This document shows positions 1 to 13,134 of a stretch of 64,000 nucleotides of DNA, piece after piece. Origin of the DNA: Octopus sinensis (Eukaryota). Both the position numbers and the translations under genes were made by a program. The first letter of the stretch is position 1, and each line of letters begins with the position of its first letter. The stretch lies in the NCBI RefSeq assembly GCF_006345805.1, contig NC_043006.1:61566001-61630000 (forward strand), written 5' to 3'. A model generated the notes under the pieces. It had not been told where the DNA came from, made no database searches, and worked only from the letters and a program-made list of their open reading frames with translations.

Positions 1-444
1 TTATCATGCCTAATGCACCTACTATGATAGGAATTGTTTCTGTTTTCAGGTTCCACATTCTAGTTACCTCTATTTCCAGGTCTTTGTATTTTGAGAGTTT
101 CTCCATTTCTTTTAGAGACACGTTGCCATCTGCCGGTATTGATACATCAATTAGAAAGCATTTTTTTTTCTTCATGATCTCTGACAACTATATCTGGTCT
201 GCTGGCCTTAATTTCTCTATCTGTGTGTATCGGCATATCCCAGAATATGGTTGCTTTCTCGTTTTCTGTGACATTTTCTGGTGTGTGCCTATACCATCTT
301 TTTTCTGTTGTTATTCCATAATGTTGGCATAGCTTCCAATGTATGTAGGTTCCAACTCTGTCATGTCTGTGAATATATTCCTTCTTAGCCAGGACTGGGC
401 AGCTAGAGATAATATGATTTATTGTTTCTTGTCCATCTCCACAT
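1..444 (-). mobile_element. R4/Dong-like RLE non-LTR retrotransposon, 3' ORF fragment (zinc knuckle + restriction-like endonuclease), 5'-truncated at (ATT)n
   Basis: Minus strand reads CGDGQETINHIISSCPVLAKKEYIHRHDRV...[36 protein letters not shown]...KLSKYKDL (CCHC knuckle, RHD, PD..D..K motifs). Same family as 32437-32859 and 35138-35780. Confidence 0.85.
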
Positions 445-494
445 ATTATTATTATTATTATTATTATTAGTATATTATTATTATTATTATTATG

Positions 495-557
<63 letters not shown>

Positions 558-1046
558 AATATAGGATTAAGTTTTTCGAAAAAAAATTATCAATGGCCAG
601 CATATTAAAAAATACGTTTAAAGGTAAAATTTATAAACAACTTATAAACAAGAGCAAAAGAAAATAATCTAATGCCAAATATGCCGAAACTAGACACATC
701 GTCCATAACCATATACTTTATCACAATAAGCACGTTTCTCGAAGAAAGCCAACAGAAATTTCTAAAAAATTCCGTTATTACCATATCGGACCCTATTTCA
801 GAGTTAGTAAGAACCTTTCCTTCCTCAGTGATAAATGCGGCAAAGAAATAAATGAAATACTTACACATACCCATGGAAGAAGCAAACACTAAGTCATGAG
901 CACAACTAAGTACCCCAAATATATCCAAAATAGAAATTCTGCAGCCCATTGGAGGCACGTGCGATTCGAACTGAAACTCTCACAGAGTGAGACAGTCCGG
1001 AGGTGAACAGTATTAAATTTACACACATACACACACACACACATAT

Positions 1047-1099
<53 letters not shown>

Positions 1100-1250
1100 G
1101 CGTGTGTATGTACGTATATATACGCTTATATGTACGTACATAGTGTGCCAAAAGTCACTGATTGGTTACAATTTTTAATAACTTCCTTAACTTTACACAT
1201 AAAGGTATGAAATGTTGATGCGATATAAAGGACATAATCGAAATAGTGAA

Positions 1251-1584
1251 GGCACGTGGCTCAGTGGTTAGAGCGTCGAGCCTACGATCGTGAGGTTGTG
1301 AGCTCGAATCCCGGACCGGGCTGCGTGTTGTGTTCTTGAGCAAGAGACTTTATTTCACGTTGCTCCAGTTCACTCAGCTGTAGAAATGAGTTGCGACGTC
1401 ACAGGTGCTAAGCTGTATCGGCCCTTGCCTTTCCCTTGGACAACATTGGTGACGTGGAGAGGGGAGGCCGGTATGCATGGGCGACTGCTGGTCTTCCATA
1501 AAACAACCTTGCCCAGACTTGTGCCTCAGAGGGTAAATCTCTAGGTGCAAACCCATGGTCAGTGTCTGACCGAAGGGGGTCACC
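1251..1584 (+). mobile_element. tRNA-derived SINE with CORE-like central domain
   Basis: A box TGGCTCAGTGG, B box-like GCTCGAATCC, then CTTGAGCAAGAGACTT CORE-like motif; 5' half shared with 7879-8115. Confidence 0.8.
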
Positions 1585-1589
1585 AATGG

Positions 1590-2323
1590 AAATTGATATG
1601 CACAAACCAAATTTGGCATCACCACTACATTACATATGACAAATGACATCGCTTAAACGGCAGTCATTTTCAGCTTCACACGCCCGTTCTCTTTCCAAAA
1701 TTTGCACCATAACACACTCAAGAGTTTCGGACTCTACGTTTCTGATTCTCTGATGATGTTCTCCTTCCGTTGCACCAGGGTCTCCGGTTAGTTGACGTAA
1801 ACCCTCTTTTTCAAGCATCCCCAGAAGAAAAATACGGACTAGCCACGTCTGGGTAACGTGAAAGCAAGTTCGCATTGCCGTGGCTGGAGATTATACTCTC
1901 TTCAAAGCACAGCATTGCTTTCTTGCACTACGAACAGTTGCCTCATCTTGCTGGAACAATGAAAGGGGTCTATTTTTAATGGCCGGTCTCAGTTGCAGAT
2001 AAAGAGTGGGATTGTGTCAACAAACTGGAAACTCTGGTCCAATTGAAGGACAACATCAATAGAGAAATCGGAGGAGTGGCATCTGAAACACTTGAGGTTG
2101 TTACAGTGCAACGTTTGGAAAGTACACGGGCTTGCGAAGCCAAAAATTGCTTTCATTTAAGCGATGTCATTTGACATATGTGATGTATTGGTTTTGGAAA
2201 ATTTGTCTTGTGCATATAATTTTCTATTCTGTCCTTTTATTTGTATCAAACATTCATGCATTTTTTTTGTAAAGTTATAGAAGTTATTTAAAATTGAAAC
2301 ACATCAGTAACTTTAGGAAAGCC

Positions 2324-2330
<7 letters not shown>
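1590..2330. mobile_element. Tc1/mariner transposase remnant arranged as an inverted (foldback) pair
   Basis: Minus strand ~1800-1960 gives FQQDEAT..AR...SR.PD.....F (degenerate FQQDGATAH / SPDL..DFFLWG); plus strand ~2015-2170 gives VNKLETLVQLKDNINREIGGVASETL..CEAKNCFHLSDVI; ~1625-1790 is an inverted copy of ~2030-2185; ends in ccctgTA. Confidence 0.7.
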
Positions 2331-2365
<35 letters not shown>

Positions 2366-2374
<9 letters not shown>

Positions 2375-2820
2375 AAACATTACATTATAAAAATAGGATT
2401 CAATCCAAATCTAAGAAATCTTTGAGCTGACGAAGGAAACGTTGATATTTATAATCAACTAATCCAGAAAAGGGCCTGTTCTCAGGTAATCTTATATAGG
2501 TGTGATCTTTCGTTATTTTTCCCTCTATGACCTGTGTGTGTTATTTTTGAGTATACATTGTCTGAGAGATTTTTCTTACAGTAGAAGAAATAGCTAAAAG
2601 GTTTGGCTGCTATTTCTAAAAAGTTGGGTGTGTGGTAAAGTAAATTTTTTAACTGAACCGTATTTTTATAATGTAATGTTTCAAATATATCGTAAATGGT
2701 CTTTTTACATACTGAGCACTACTTGGTAAAATTAATTGATAATTAATTAATTTTACTCTTTTATTATTGAGAATATAATTCTCTCTCCCTGAAATTTTAA
2801 CTACAGTTCTCTCTGTAGAA
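2366..2820 (+). mobile_element. Non-coding Penelope-type terminal fragment with hammerhead-like motif and 30 bp inverted repeat
   Basis: Inverted repeat 2366-2395 / 2661-2690; motif TGAG-CTGACGA-stemII-GAAA-AGGGCCTG-TT-CTCA at 2423-2484; starts in (TA)n. Confidence 0.55.
2423..2484 (+). ncRNA. Type I hammerhead ribozyme-like motif (imperfect)
   Basis: Stem I TGAG/CTCA, core CTGACGA and GAAA, stem II GGA/TCC enclosing GTTGAT/ATCAAC hairpin, near-palindromic stem III region AGGGCCT. Confidence 0.55.
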
Positions 2821-2909
2821 ATGTATCACTCTATAACCCACGTGGGAGGAAGGGGACGAATGCGAGGGCCCACTTGTATTTTTGAATTCGTTGGTACTGG
2901 CGGTCTGAT

Positions 2910-3332
2910 ATACTCTTTTTACTTGTTTCAGTCATTTGACTGCGGCCATGCTGAAGCACCGCCGTTAGTCGAGCAAATCGACCCCGGGACTTATTCTTTG
3001 TAAGCCCAGTACTTATTCTATCGGTCTCTTTTGCCGAACCGCTAAGTGACGGGGACGTAAACACACCAGCGTGCTAGGGGGACACACAATGCTAGGGGGA
3101 CACACAATGCTAGGGGCACAAACACACGCACACAAACACACACACATACACACATATATATACATATATACGACAGGCTTCTTTCAGTTTCCGTCTACCA
3201 AATCCACTCACAAGGCATTGGTCATCCCGGGGCTATAGCAGAAGACACTTGTCCAAGATGCCACGCAGTGGGACTGAACCCGGAACCATGTGGTTGGTTA
3301 GCAAGCTAGTTACCACACACCCACTCCTGCGC
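2910..3332 (-). mobile_element. tRNA-derived CORE-like SINE with internal (CA)/(TA) and 18 bp repeats
   Basis: Minus-strand head GCGCAGGAGTGGGTGTGTGGTAA...GGTTCAGTCCCACTGCGTGGCATCTTGGACAAGTGTCTTCT; 3 x TGCTAGGGGGACACACAA-like units at ~3072-3122; partial copies at 41700-41790 and 55090-55253. Confidence 0.8.
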
Positions 3333-3405
3333 TTACATATATATATATATAATATATATATATATATAATATAATATATATATATTATATATATATATAT
3401 ATATA

Positions 3406-3500
<95 letters not shown>

Positions 3501-3514
3501 TATGTATATATATA

Positions 3515-3560
<46 letters not shown>

Positions 3561-3597
3561 TATATACATATATATATATACATATATATATATATAT

Positions 3598-3890
3598 TCC
3601 ATCAGCACTGTCCGAATGATGTTGGCATCACCTTCAAAATGCATCCAAGGCTTGGACCACGTGCCATCCGTCCACAACAAAAATCTAAATCGCATCACAT
3701 AACGACAATACGGCACAACTTTTTCACCTCAATTGGACCCGCTCTCTTCAACATTACACCAGGACACGTCAGAAAAGTAACTGACCACACAAAATTCAAG
3801 AAGTCTTTGGACACATTCCTTCAAACAGTACCAGACAAACCACCCACACCCGGATATGGCCTGGGCCAATACTGGCCAAAACCTTTCTAA
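3598..3890 (+). mobile_element. CR1/jockey-group LINE ORF2 C-terminal fragment (copy 1)
   Basis: HPRLGPRA...NFFTSIGPALFNITP...FKKSLDTFLQTVPDKPPTPGY matches typical CR1-like ORF2 C-termini (G..LFN.LP, FK..LD..L..VPD.P); related to 60540-61020. Confidence 0.7.
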
Positions 3891-4138
3891 GTTATTCTAA
3901 GTTATATATATACAGAGAGAGAGAGATAGGTAGATAAATAGATAGATAGATCGATAGATAGATATGTATATATGAGTACAGGACGCTACCAACGGCTCAA
4001 TTAACAATTAACATGAAATACGTAAATTTACGAGGAGGGGAAAACGAGTAAAGTACGTAAAAATGTGGAAACCAGGAGACGTAAACACAGAGAAAGAATA
4101 TATATATATTATATATATATATATATTATATATATATA

Positions 4139-4242
<104 letters not shown>

Positions 4243-4276
4243 CATATATATATACACACATATAATATATATATAT

Positions 4277-4569
4277 TCCATCAGCACTGTCCGAATGATG
4301 TTGGCATCACCTTCAAAATGCATCCAAGGCTTGGACCACGTGCCATCCGTCCACAACAAAAATCTAAATCGCATCACATAACGACAATTCGGCACAACTT
4401 TTTCACCTCAATTGGACCCGCTCTCTTCAACATTACACCAGGACACGTCAGAAAAGAAACTGACCACACAAAATTCAAGAAGTCTTTGGACACATTCCTT
4501 CAAACAGTACCAGACAAACCACCCACACCCGGATATGGCCTGGGCCAATACTGGCCAAAACCTTTCTAA
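4277..4569 (+). mobile_element. CR1/jockey-group LINE ORF2 C-terminal fragment (copy 2)
   Basis: Near-identical to 3598-3890 (offset 679 bp). Confidence 0.7.
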
Positions 4570-4786
4570 GTTATTCTAAGTTATATATATACAGAGAGAG
4601 AGAGATAGGTAGATAAATAGATAGATAGATCTATAGATAGATATGTATATATGAGTACAGGACGCTACCAACGGCTCAATTAACAATTAACATGAAATAC
4701 GTAAATTTACGAGGAGGGGAAAACGAGTAAAGTACGTAAAAATGTGGAAACCAGGAGACGTAAACACAGAGAAAGAATATATATAT

Positions 4787-4845
<59 letters not shown>

Positions 4846-4883
4846 ACATATATATATATATATATAATATATATATATATATG

Positions 4884-4914
<31 letters not shown>

Positions 4915-4921
4915 TATATAT

Positions 4922-4976
<55 letters not shown>

Positions 4977-5459
4977 GATGTATATATCCACACATATACA
5001 CATTCATACATAGACACACCTATATATATAATAAATCCATAAGAATATACACATATATACACAGATATACACACATGCATATATATATATATATACATGT
5101 TTTTACCCACACACACATGTTTATGTATACGCATATATGAATAGTCACACGTATTTAGATAAATATTTATGTGTATACACATAAGCGTATATTAATATAT
5201 GTACACAAATAGTCTCCCACTCACATACATACAAACACTCCTGTGTGCGCGCAAATACATCCACTCTTACATATACACATGCAAACATATACACACATAA
5301 CAGTGCTGCATAATCAATTACCTGTATTCTTGGTGAACTACGTTGAGTGGAAACCATTGTAGCGATTTCATAATAACTGTCCAACCGTACTCCTTGTTGA
5401 CTCAAATTTCTTTAATTTTATGTTCATACACGACGAATGCCCGTACTTAAACTTGGAAG

Positions 5460-5492
<33 letters not shown>

Positions 5493-5568
5493 TCGGACAG
5501 TACTGGACACTTCTTAAAGTGGACGTGCTTTATACTGCACTCTACCACGCTCTTAATGGAATATACCA

Positions 5569-5662
<94 letters not shown>

Positions 5663-7878
5663 ATATATATATATATATATATATATCTTAGCGAGCCAGA
5701 GAGAGAGAGAGAAAGAGATATAGAGAGATAGATGTATACGTAGTGATGTGTGTGTTTATTACATTAATCTGAAGACTACATTAATCTGAAGAATGTAGCG
5801 AGTAAGGTTTATTCTTTATACTGTCGTTGTTTAAGGTAACACCTGCCCTAAAATTACATTTGCTGCTGGCGAATACCAGTACGTAATTTTCATCATGTCA
5901 TTCAAATAAAACTCATTGAACGTTTGTAAGAGAAACCTTTAGCGAAATAAAACGTGTAAAGTATGCTTCGCATTCATTAAAGTATGTAGAAAGTGATTCA
6001 GAAAAGCCAGTGGCTAATATCATGCTGAGGAAGTGCATTAAATCCCGTACCACGAAGTACATAACTAAGAGCACTTGAGATGAAAAAGCATATTAAAAAT
6101 TGTTCATATAACATTTCAAGCTAAATGTGCGGCATGTGGTCATCATTTTAATCATGTATATCTCCTGTTTCGTTGTACTAATGTGAATATATTTTAATTA
6201 TTCTTTTATGTATTGCTAAGAACTGAAAGATCAAACAACATACAATTGGAAGAGTATGAGTTTGAGTAAAATGCATTGCTGCAATTTTGGGTTCGTCTGT
6301 TTTGTTTCTTTATCTCGTTCAGATTCAAACCAATTCCATTTTATAAGCACTTTCTACGTTTGTGCGAAATTGCGAGAACTATACTGGAGAAGTGTCATCT
6401 TGGATGATGATGTGATCCGAACCAGTATAGTTTAAGACACTGCTGTCCCACATTTCCGGACAAAACGAAGCCTCTCTCCCTTAGCATTTTCTTTTGGTTC
6501 ATCACCAATTCCTCGGCAACTTGCCTTAATGAGCATAGCAGCAAGTAAACAACACAGCACGGTAGAATTCGTATATATTAAGCACAAAACGATGCAGAAG
6601 TATCACATAAAACTGTACCATCAATGAAGCACTGTATAATGAATAGAAAATCTTTGTATCGACGAAACTCTTCAGGCAATTAGCAATCATCTTTAACAGC
6701 TATTACTTGACTTCTTTCGCTGCATTCTGGATTAAAAAAGATCTTAAACAGAGATAAGGTAAAAAAAAAGATAACGTAATTGATGAGCTCTGACTCAAAA
6801 CAAATATTTTTCTTCTACTAAAGTGATTTAACAAACAAACTTTTCTTCACAAAATTGATTTCCCGAAATATTCATTCACACAATCTGATTGAAATTGCAG
6901 TACACTCATCTGAGATAGCTGCAGGTTTCCTAATATATAGTAGTAATGTGTAGTATAAATGTTCATTCTATTCACGCTCACATAAGCACCCACACACATA
7001 GATTCTAAGAACGAGGGTTTTTTCTGTGTGTCCATATGCTAAGAAATACATCTTGGCGGATTTTAAAAGCAGACCACTAGGCACATAGTAAACTATTAAC
7101 ATATTTTGGAATGACATTCTAACGTTGGTTATCTGCCTTGTGTTTTGCTTTTTGTGTTCTTTCTTATCAGTGTCCCTTGTTTAAACTCTATTCGCTTTCG
7201 AAAGCAAATGAAAAGCAGACTTATTATCAACTTGAAAAATGGCGAAATAAATTTATATTTAGACGAGGAAACCATGAGTATCTCTATTTAACGATACCGG
7301 GTTTCTGCAATAATAAACTCTCACTGGTCTGTTTCTTAGTGTCCAGGTTCTATATTTCTTTCTTTATATGGCTATCATTGATAATCTAAGAAAGTGAGGT
7401 AAAGCGAATGTGCGTGTGTGCATGTATGTGTTGTGTGTGTGCGTGCGCCTATGCATATACGTATGTGTGTGTATGTGCATGTCTGTGCGTGTGTGCGCAC
7501 TCCTGTGTGTGTGTTGTGTATGCGTACGGTTTTGTGCTTACTGCAACAGCAGCAGCAGCACCACTACCACAACAAAAGAAAGGAAAATACCCCCAAAATA
7601 TATAAGATCTTTTATGAATCTACATATATAAGCGTGACTATGCACAAAGGCGCTCTTGTTGATATATCGTATGAGCACTCTGAGAACTTTCTTCTGTTGA
7701 GTAGTAAATACTCTATTTTTCCGTTCACAGCATTGTATAGAATTACTGTGGTATCCTATCTTCTCATTATAAATAGATTAAATGTAGCATTTTAGATATT
7801 TACATCTTATACATTTTACAATATATAAGAATATATGCTGTGACTTACATTGTACGCATTAGCATATTTTATAATAGT

Positions 7879-8115
7879 GGAGGCGCGTAGCTTAGTGGTT
7901 AGGGTGTCAGCACCATGATCGTAAGATTGTGGTTTCGATTCCTGGACCGGGCGACGCGTTGTGTTCTCGACCAAAACACTTCATTTCACGTTGCTCCAGT
8001 TCACTCATCAGGCAAAAATGAGTAACGCTGCGATGGACTGGCGTTCCGTCCAGCTGGGGAACACATACGCCATAGAAACCCAGAAACCGGGCCCATGAGC
8101 CTGGCTAGGCTTTAA
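7879..8115 (+). mobile_element. tRNA-derived SINE (relative of 1251-1584 with a different 3' tail)
   Basis: A box TAGCTTAGTGG, B box GGTTTCGATTCC, shared ATTTCACGTTGCTCCAGTTCACTCA core. Confidence 0.8.
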
Positions 8116-8293
8116 CACTGAATAATTTTGAAGATGCCGAGGTAGGAATCATAAATTATTAAGGTGGCTATTCCCAACTTATCCCACAAGAATAGGCACA
8201 AGAATAGTCGTCATAGACACATGTGTATGTATGAATATATCTGTATATAAATATATATATATGTGTGTGTGTGTGTATATATGTGTGTGTATG

Positions 8294-8347
<54 letters not shown>

Positions 8348-9015
8348 CATATATATACAATTGCAGCATGGAAGGTGCTCGTAAGACATTAAACAACACA
8401 CAAAAACCGTTAGAATCACTTCAGCATTTAAATTTTATTTGCCAAAATATTTTTGTCAATTTGAGACCGCGTCCTGATCACTGAAAAAATTCAATTCCGT
8501 GCTGCATCTATATATATGGGATAGTTTCAGTGAAGCATTGCGTGGTATGATTTGATAGGAAAGCAGCCGTAGGAATCTATTCCTTCATTAGGAATCAGCC
8601 GTGCCCACTAGACCCCAAGCCGCATATGCGCAGAATGTGATCACATATAAGAAGAATTTTACCAGATTCCTTTTAAACACCGTAGGGTTTCGAGATCTTT
8701 GATTTGCATTAAGAGAGGTAAATTAAGTGTTGTTTGTGATAATAGATCGATGTTTGTGTGATACGTATTTAGGCCGCCAATATTTAGGACGCCAATATTA
8801 AATTTTCTGAACGTGTTGCCGATTATGTCCCTTAAAATTATACATTTTAGTGTGTATCTGAAATTTATGCGGCAATAATTTCAGAGTTTTTTAATTGATT
8901 TTCCAGAAATAAATCCCAGTAGTTACATATATTTTTGTGATAATTATCTGAAGTGTCTTATTTTTCATAAAGTTTACCCCATATATATGTATGTATGCAC
9001 GTTTGTGTACAACTA

Positions 9016-9068
<53 letters not shown>

Positions 9069-12000
9069 TATATATATGTATATATATATTTATATATATA
9101 TGTATACATATATATATATTTATATATGTATATATATATATATATTTATATATGTATATATATATATATATATCCATACATACATATTCATAAATATATA
9201 TACATGTACACATGTATTTTTATACATACGCACATGCTCACACACACGTATATATGTGTATGTGTGTTTATAGGAGAAAAGTTGTTTTGGGAAGGCAGAA
9301 GTACAAATGAAGGTCAAACAGAAAGAATAGAAGTGTAGAGGAAATGCTGAGTGAACGTGATGAAAGGTGAATTGATTAGTAAACAATAACTTACAACAGA
9401 AGTAAAGAAGAGGCAAGTGGGTAAGTAAGGAATGCGTTGATGAATTAATGGATGAATGAATGAATGAATGATGGAAGGAAGGAAGGAAGGAAGGAAGACA
9501 GAAAGGAATAGAGAAACAGACAAGAAAAGAAAAGATCGGAAATTTCCGATGTTTCTGGAAAATATATGGAAACTTTAAAAGAAAAAAACTTCAAATATGT
9601 AAAATATATAAGAAAGGTATAAGAATTATGCATAAGCAATAGAAGACACCTTTAAAAGTATTGAATTGTAGAAACAAGTCTGAAGTGGATTGTAAATATT
9701 TCGAAAAGTTAAGAATTATTTAAAATTATGTAAATATTTAGAATATAATCGTATTAATTAAATCGTAGAAAGAAGGAAATTATAATAAAATAGTGAAGAA
9801 GAAAAAACATTCTTGAATTTCTGGAATTTATTAAATAATCGATAAATTGTCAATAAAGAAAACCGTTAAAAGTTAAATTGGATCTTAATCACTTTCAGAT
9901 ATTTCCATAGGAAAAATATAGAATTTTTATCAAAATGCCAAACAAAACACACTCTGGTGAAATTAAAAGTATAAACAAATAAGAAAAAAAACAATAAACG
10001 CCTAAGATATGTCAGAAAAATTACATGAATATAAATATAAATAAATATATGTAGTCCTTTTATGCCTGAATATTTATTTGTAGTTGCAAGAATTTTAAAC
10101 AATATAGAAATTGTGAATAGAATTCACTTGCATTTACACTCAAATGGTTTGGTTTCTCTATACGTAATATCTAAAATAAATAGTAAAAAAATGCTACATG
10201 TATAATTATATCTGTGTTTTTTTTTATGTGAGATATTTTTCTGAACAATTAGAAAGACTGCATAATTAAACCAACATAGAATAGGTTTGGATTTGTGCGG
10301 CTGTAGGAGATTAAGGGGATTCTCGAAATACGCCATACAGTAGAATTAAATAAATATAAAAGCTTGGTAAGAAATCGTTCAAGATAAAATGTTTACAGAT
10401 ATGATAATATTGTTTATTACACAATTGTAAATAGGAATATTTGGATAAATACAGTGTGGGCAATGATAATAGGACAGATATGTAATAAATATATTTGTTT
10501 GTCCTATTATTATATCCAATCCGTATAATGCGATTGAGTATAAAGTAGTATTATTCAAATATATAAATGGATTATGCTAAAATAATAATCAAAGTCATAG
10601 TATAACAATATGAGGAGAGCGCAAGGAAATAGGAAGTTTCTTTTTATGCAAAGTTATCAACTCCTTATGCGAAGAATTATTTTTTAGTTAGCAATCATGT
10701 CTGTTTTTGTTCCTTGTCCAGACACATATACTGTCTGGACCAGAATATAAAACTTATCGAAGCTTACCGATTGGAGTCTACCAGACACACCTAGAGGCAC
10801 CTTTTACGTATTTGGGAATGTATAAATATGTATCAATATACATGTATGTAGTAATCTAATAGGGAGTTCAATGTATACATAGGTGGCGATATTTATTTAT
10901 TTTAAAAAAATTCTAAATGTAATATATTATATAATAGACAACGTTAATCGAGGAATATGCGCATTCACGCATCTAAATCTAAGTAAAATCTACAAATGCT
11001 TTTACGTAAAAAAAATTTAGAAGCTTAGCGAAATTTCAAATGAATCCCTTTTAACAATGGAACTCGAAATAGATATGGCTATAAATGATAGCGTGCAGAA
11101 TAATGGTTTTCGAATTTTTTTATATTCCTATGACAAAAGTTACTAAGTTGGATGGAGAAAATTTGGTGGGCAGCCCTGAAATATTTTCTATCGCTGTAAT
11201 GATTTATAGTTATGAACGTCACGCACTGACAAGGGTTGTATTTTAGACAACTCATATTGTAGCGTTTCCTAAATTTAGACTTATTGTAATATATTCAATT
11301 ACAACTTTTAAGATTTAATATATTCAATTATGACTTTTAAGATTTAAACGTAAATCTATGTGTAAAAAGTCTAAAATTTTGCAATAATTACGTATTGGAT
11401 GTGACTTTCTAGAGAATTGTGCTCTGAATAAGGTTTATTTTTAGCGTTTACTTCATTCAAACGGTCGGGATTTAGATATTGAATGTAAGACGATATTCAA
11501 TGTTTTCTAAACATGTATATATTTGTAGGAAGTATTACAGAGAATATATTAAAAAACTAAAGGTTCTGAAATCCTGACTGATATAATTTGAACAAGCACG
11601 TTTCTGTTTATGGATGTAGTTAAGTATTTGTATGTGTAACATCATGAGACTTATAGCACTTGTGGGAGACATCACGAGTATTCACCCTTGTGAAGTAATT
11701 TTCAATGTTAAATGAGAAGCACAGGTTCATGAATTAATTGTAGATGACTTCCATGAACATGTTTCTCACGTGCAGGTTCTAATCGATCAATATTAATTGA
11801 CCGTCGTCACGATATATTCCGCCCGTGATTGAAGAGACACGATTTTCCTTTTATTTCAACAAATGCACTGACTTCAGCTGATACCAGAAAAGCTATTAAG
11901 AGTTTTTGTGTTTTATTAAGCCGCGAATCATCATATTAGAATATAATTTTTTCTAATGAGTGTATCAAGTAATTTTTTTTTTGTATGTGAAGATAGTCAC

Positions 12001-12943
12001 TGATGTTAACTGACATTGCTTCTGGTAATGTGGGAAGGAAGAATGAAGCTTGATAACTAAGAATATCTTAACTAGAGATGTGTCTACCTCTTACTGAGAT
12101 GAAGGCTTTAAACTAGTTCATTTCTTGTGGTATGTATTACGTACCCCCTTGGTTCTGTCATATACATTTGTCTTTAATAGTATTTTAAATGGAAACCTTC
12201 CATCAAAATTCCATGCTGATTTATAATTTAAACACTATCTTAATAATCAAGAAAATACATTTAGTAAACCTCATTTAGTAAGCTAACCATTATCCTCAAA
12301 ATTAATTGAAACAAACGTAATGTAATTCAATTCAGGCATGGTAACAAAGCAGTTGTCATTTCTAAAGTCCCCATTGTTTTTGCGGTGTTCGTGTACAACT
12401 CACGATAAAATTACTGAACGAAGTACTACCATCAAAATTTAAAGGGCTTTTTATTTGAACATAAACTTACTTACTCTACTTAAGTTATGTATTTAATACT
12501 TTCTACTTAACAGTTAGTACTATACATTTGTCTAAGAGTTATTAATGGCCACGTGTGTAATAGATAGATATAGATATACATACAGTATATATATACATTG
12601 AAAGATAGTATACAAATGTCTGTGGGTGCTTGTGTGGGTGCGCCCGTATGTAGCATGTTTATTTGAAGTGAATATGTAAAATGTTTTCATACTATCTATT
12701 ACATTAAATTTTTCTGAATAACTGATATTATCTCATATTATATTTTTGTATACTCAATTTTGAAGTTCTAAGTGTAATTTTGTAAGTTCCAATCAATTAT
12801 AGAGTTGAAACACATCAAACGTTTAGACACATAGCAATCAGCAGAGAGAATGAAGACGATATTAAAAGGAACTTATTAAATAAAGTAAGTAGGATTATAT
12901 CTGTGTGTGTGCATGCATGTGTGTGTGTTTGTCTGTATATATA

Positions 12944-12992
<49 letters not shown>

Positions 12993-13091
12993 ATATATAA
13001 AATATTATTAGAGACAAAACCACTATTTTGCAAAACAAACAAGGAAAGACTTAATCAATACATAACATTTTAATAATAGTAAAAAAAACCG

Positions 13092-13134
13092 CCACTACAA
13101 TTGTTTCTTGTCTTGATCGACAATCTTCAGGTGG
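13092..13134 (-). ncRNA. Type I hammerhead ribozyme in 3' pLTR
   Basis: Minus strand CCAC-CTGAAGA-TTGTC-GATCAA-GACAA-GAAA-CAATTG-TA-GTGG: stem I CCAC/GTGG, 5 bp stem II, palindromic CAATTG stem III, GUA cleavage triplet. Confidence 0.85.

Noticed and set aside
6-332. Hydrophobic plus-strand ORF (similar ORFs at 32242-32754 and 35263-35664)
   Set aside because: Antisense frame of the RLE endonuclease domain, not an independent gene.
945-1000. Hammerhead-like motif on minus strand (CTGTGA-GAG..TTC-GAAT-C-GCACGTGC)
   Set aside because: Core nucleotides missing and no stem I; the surrounding 557-1020 block is probably a repeat but I cannot classify it.
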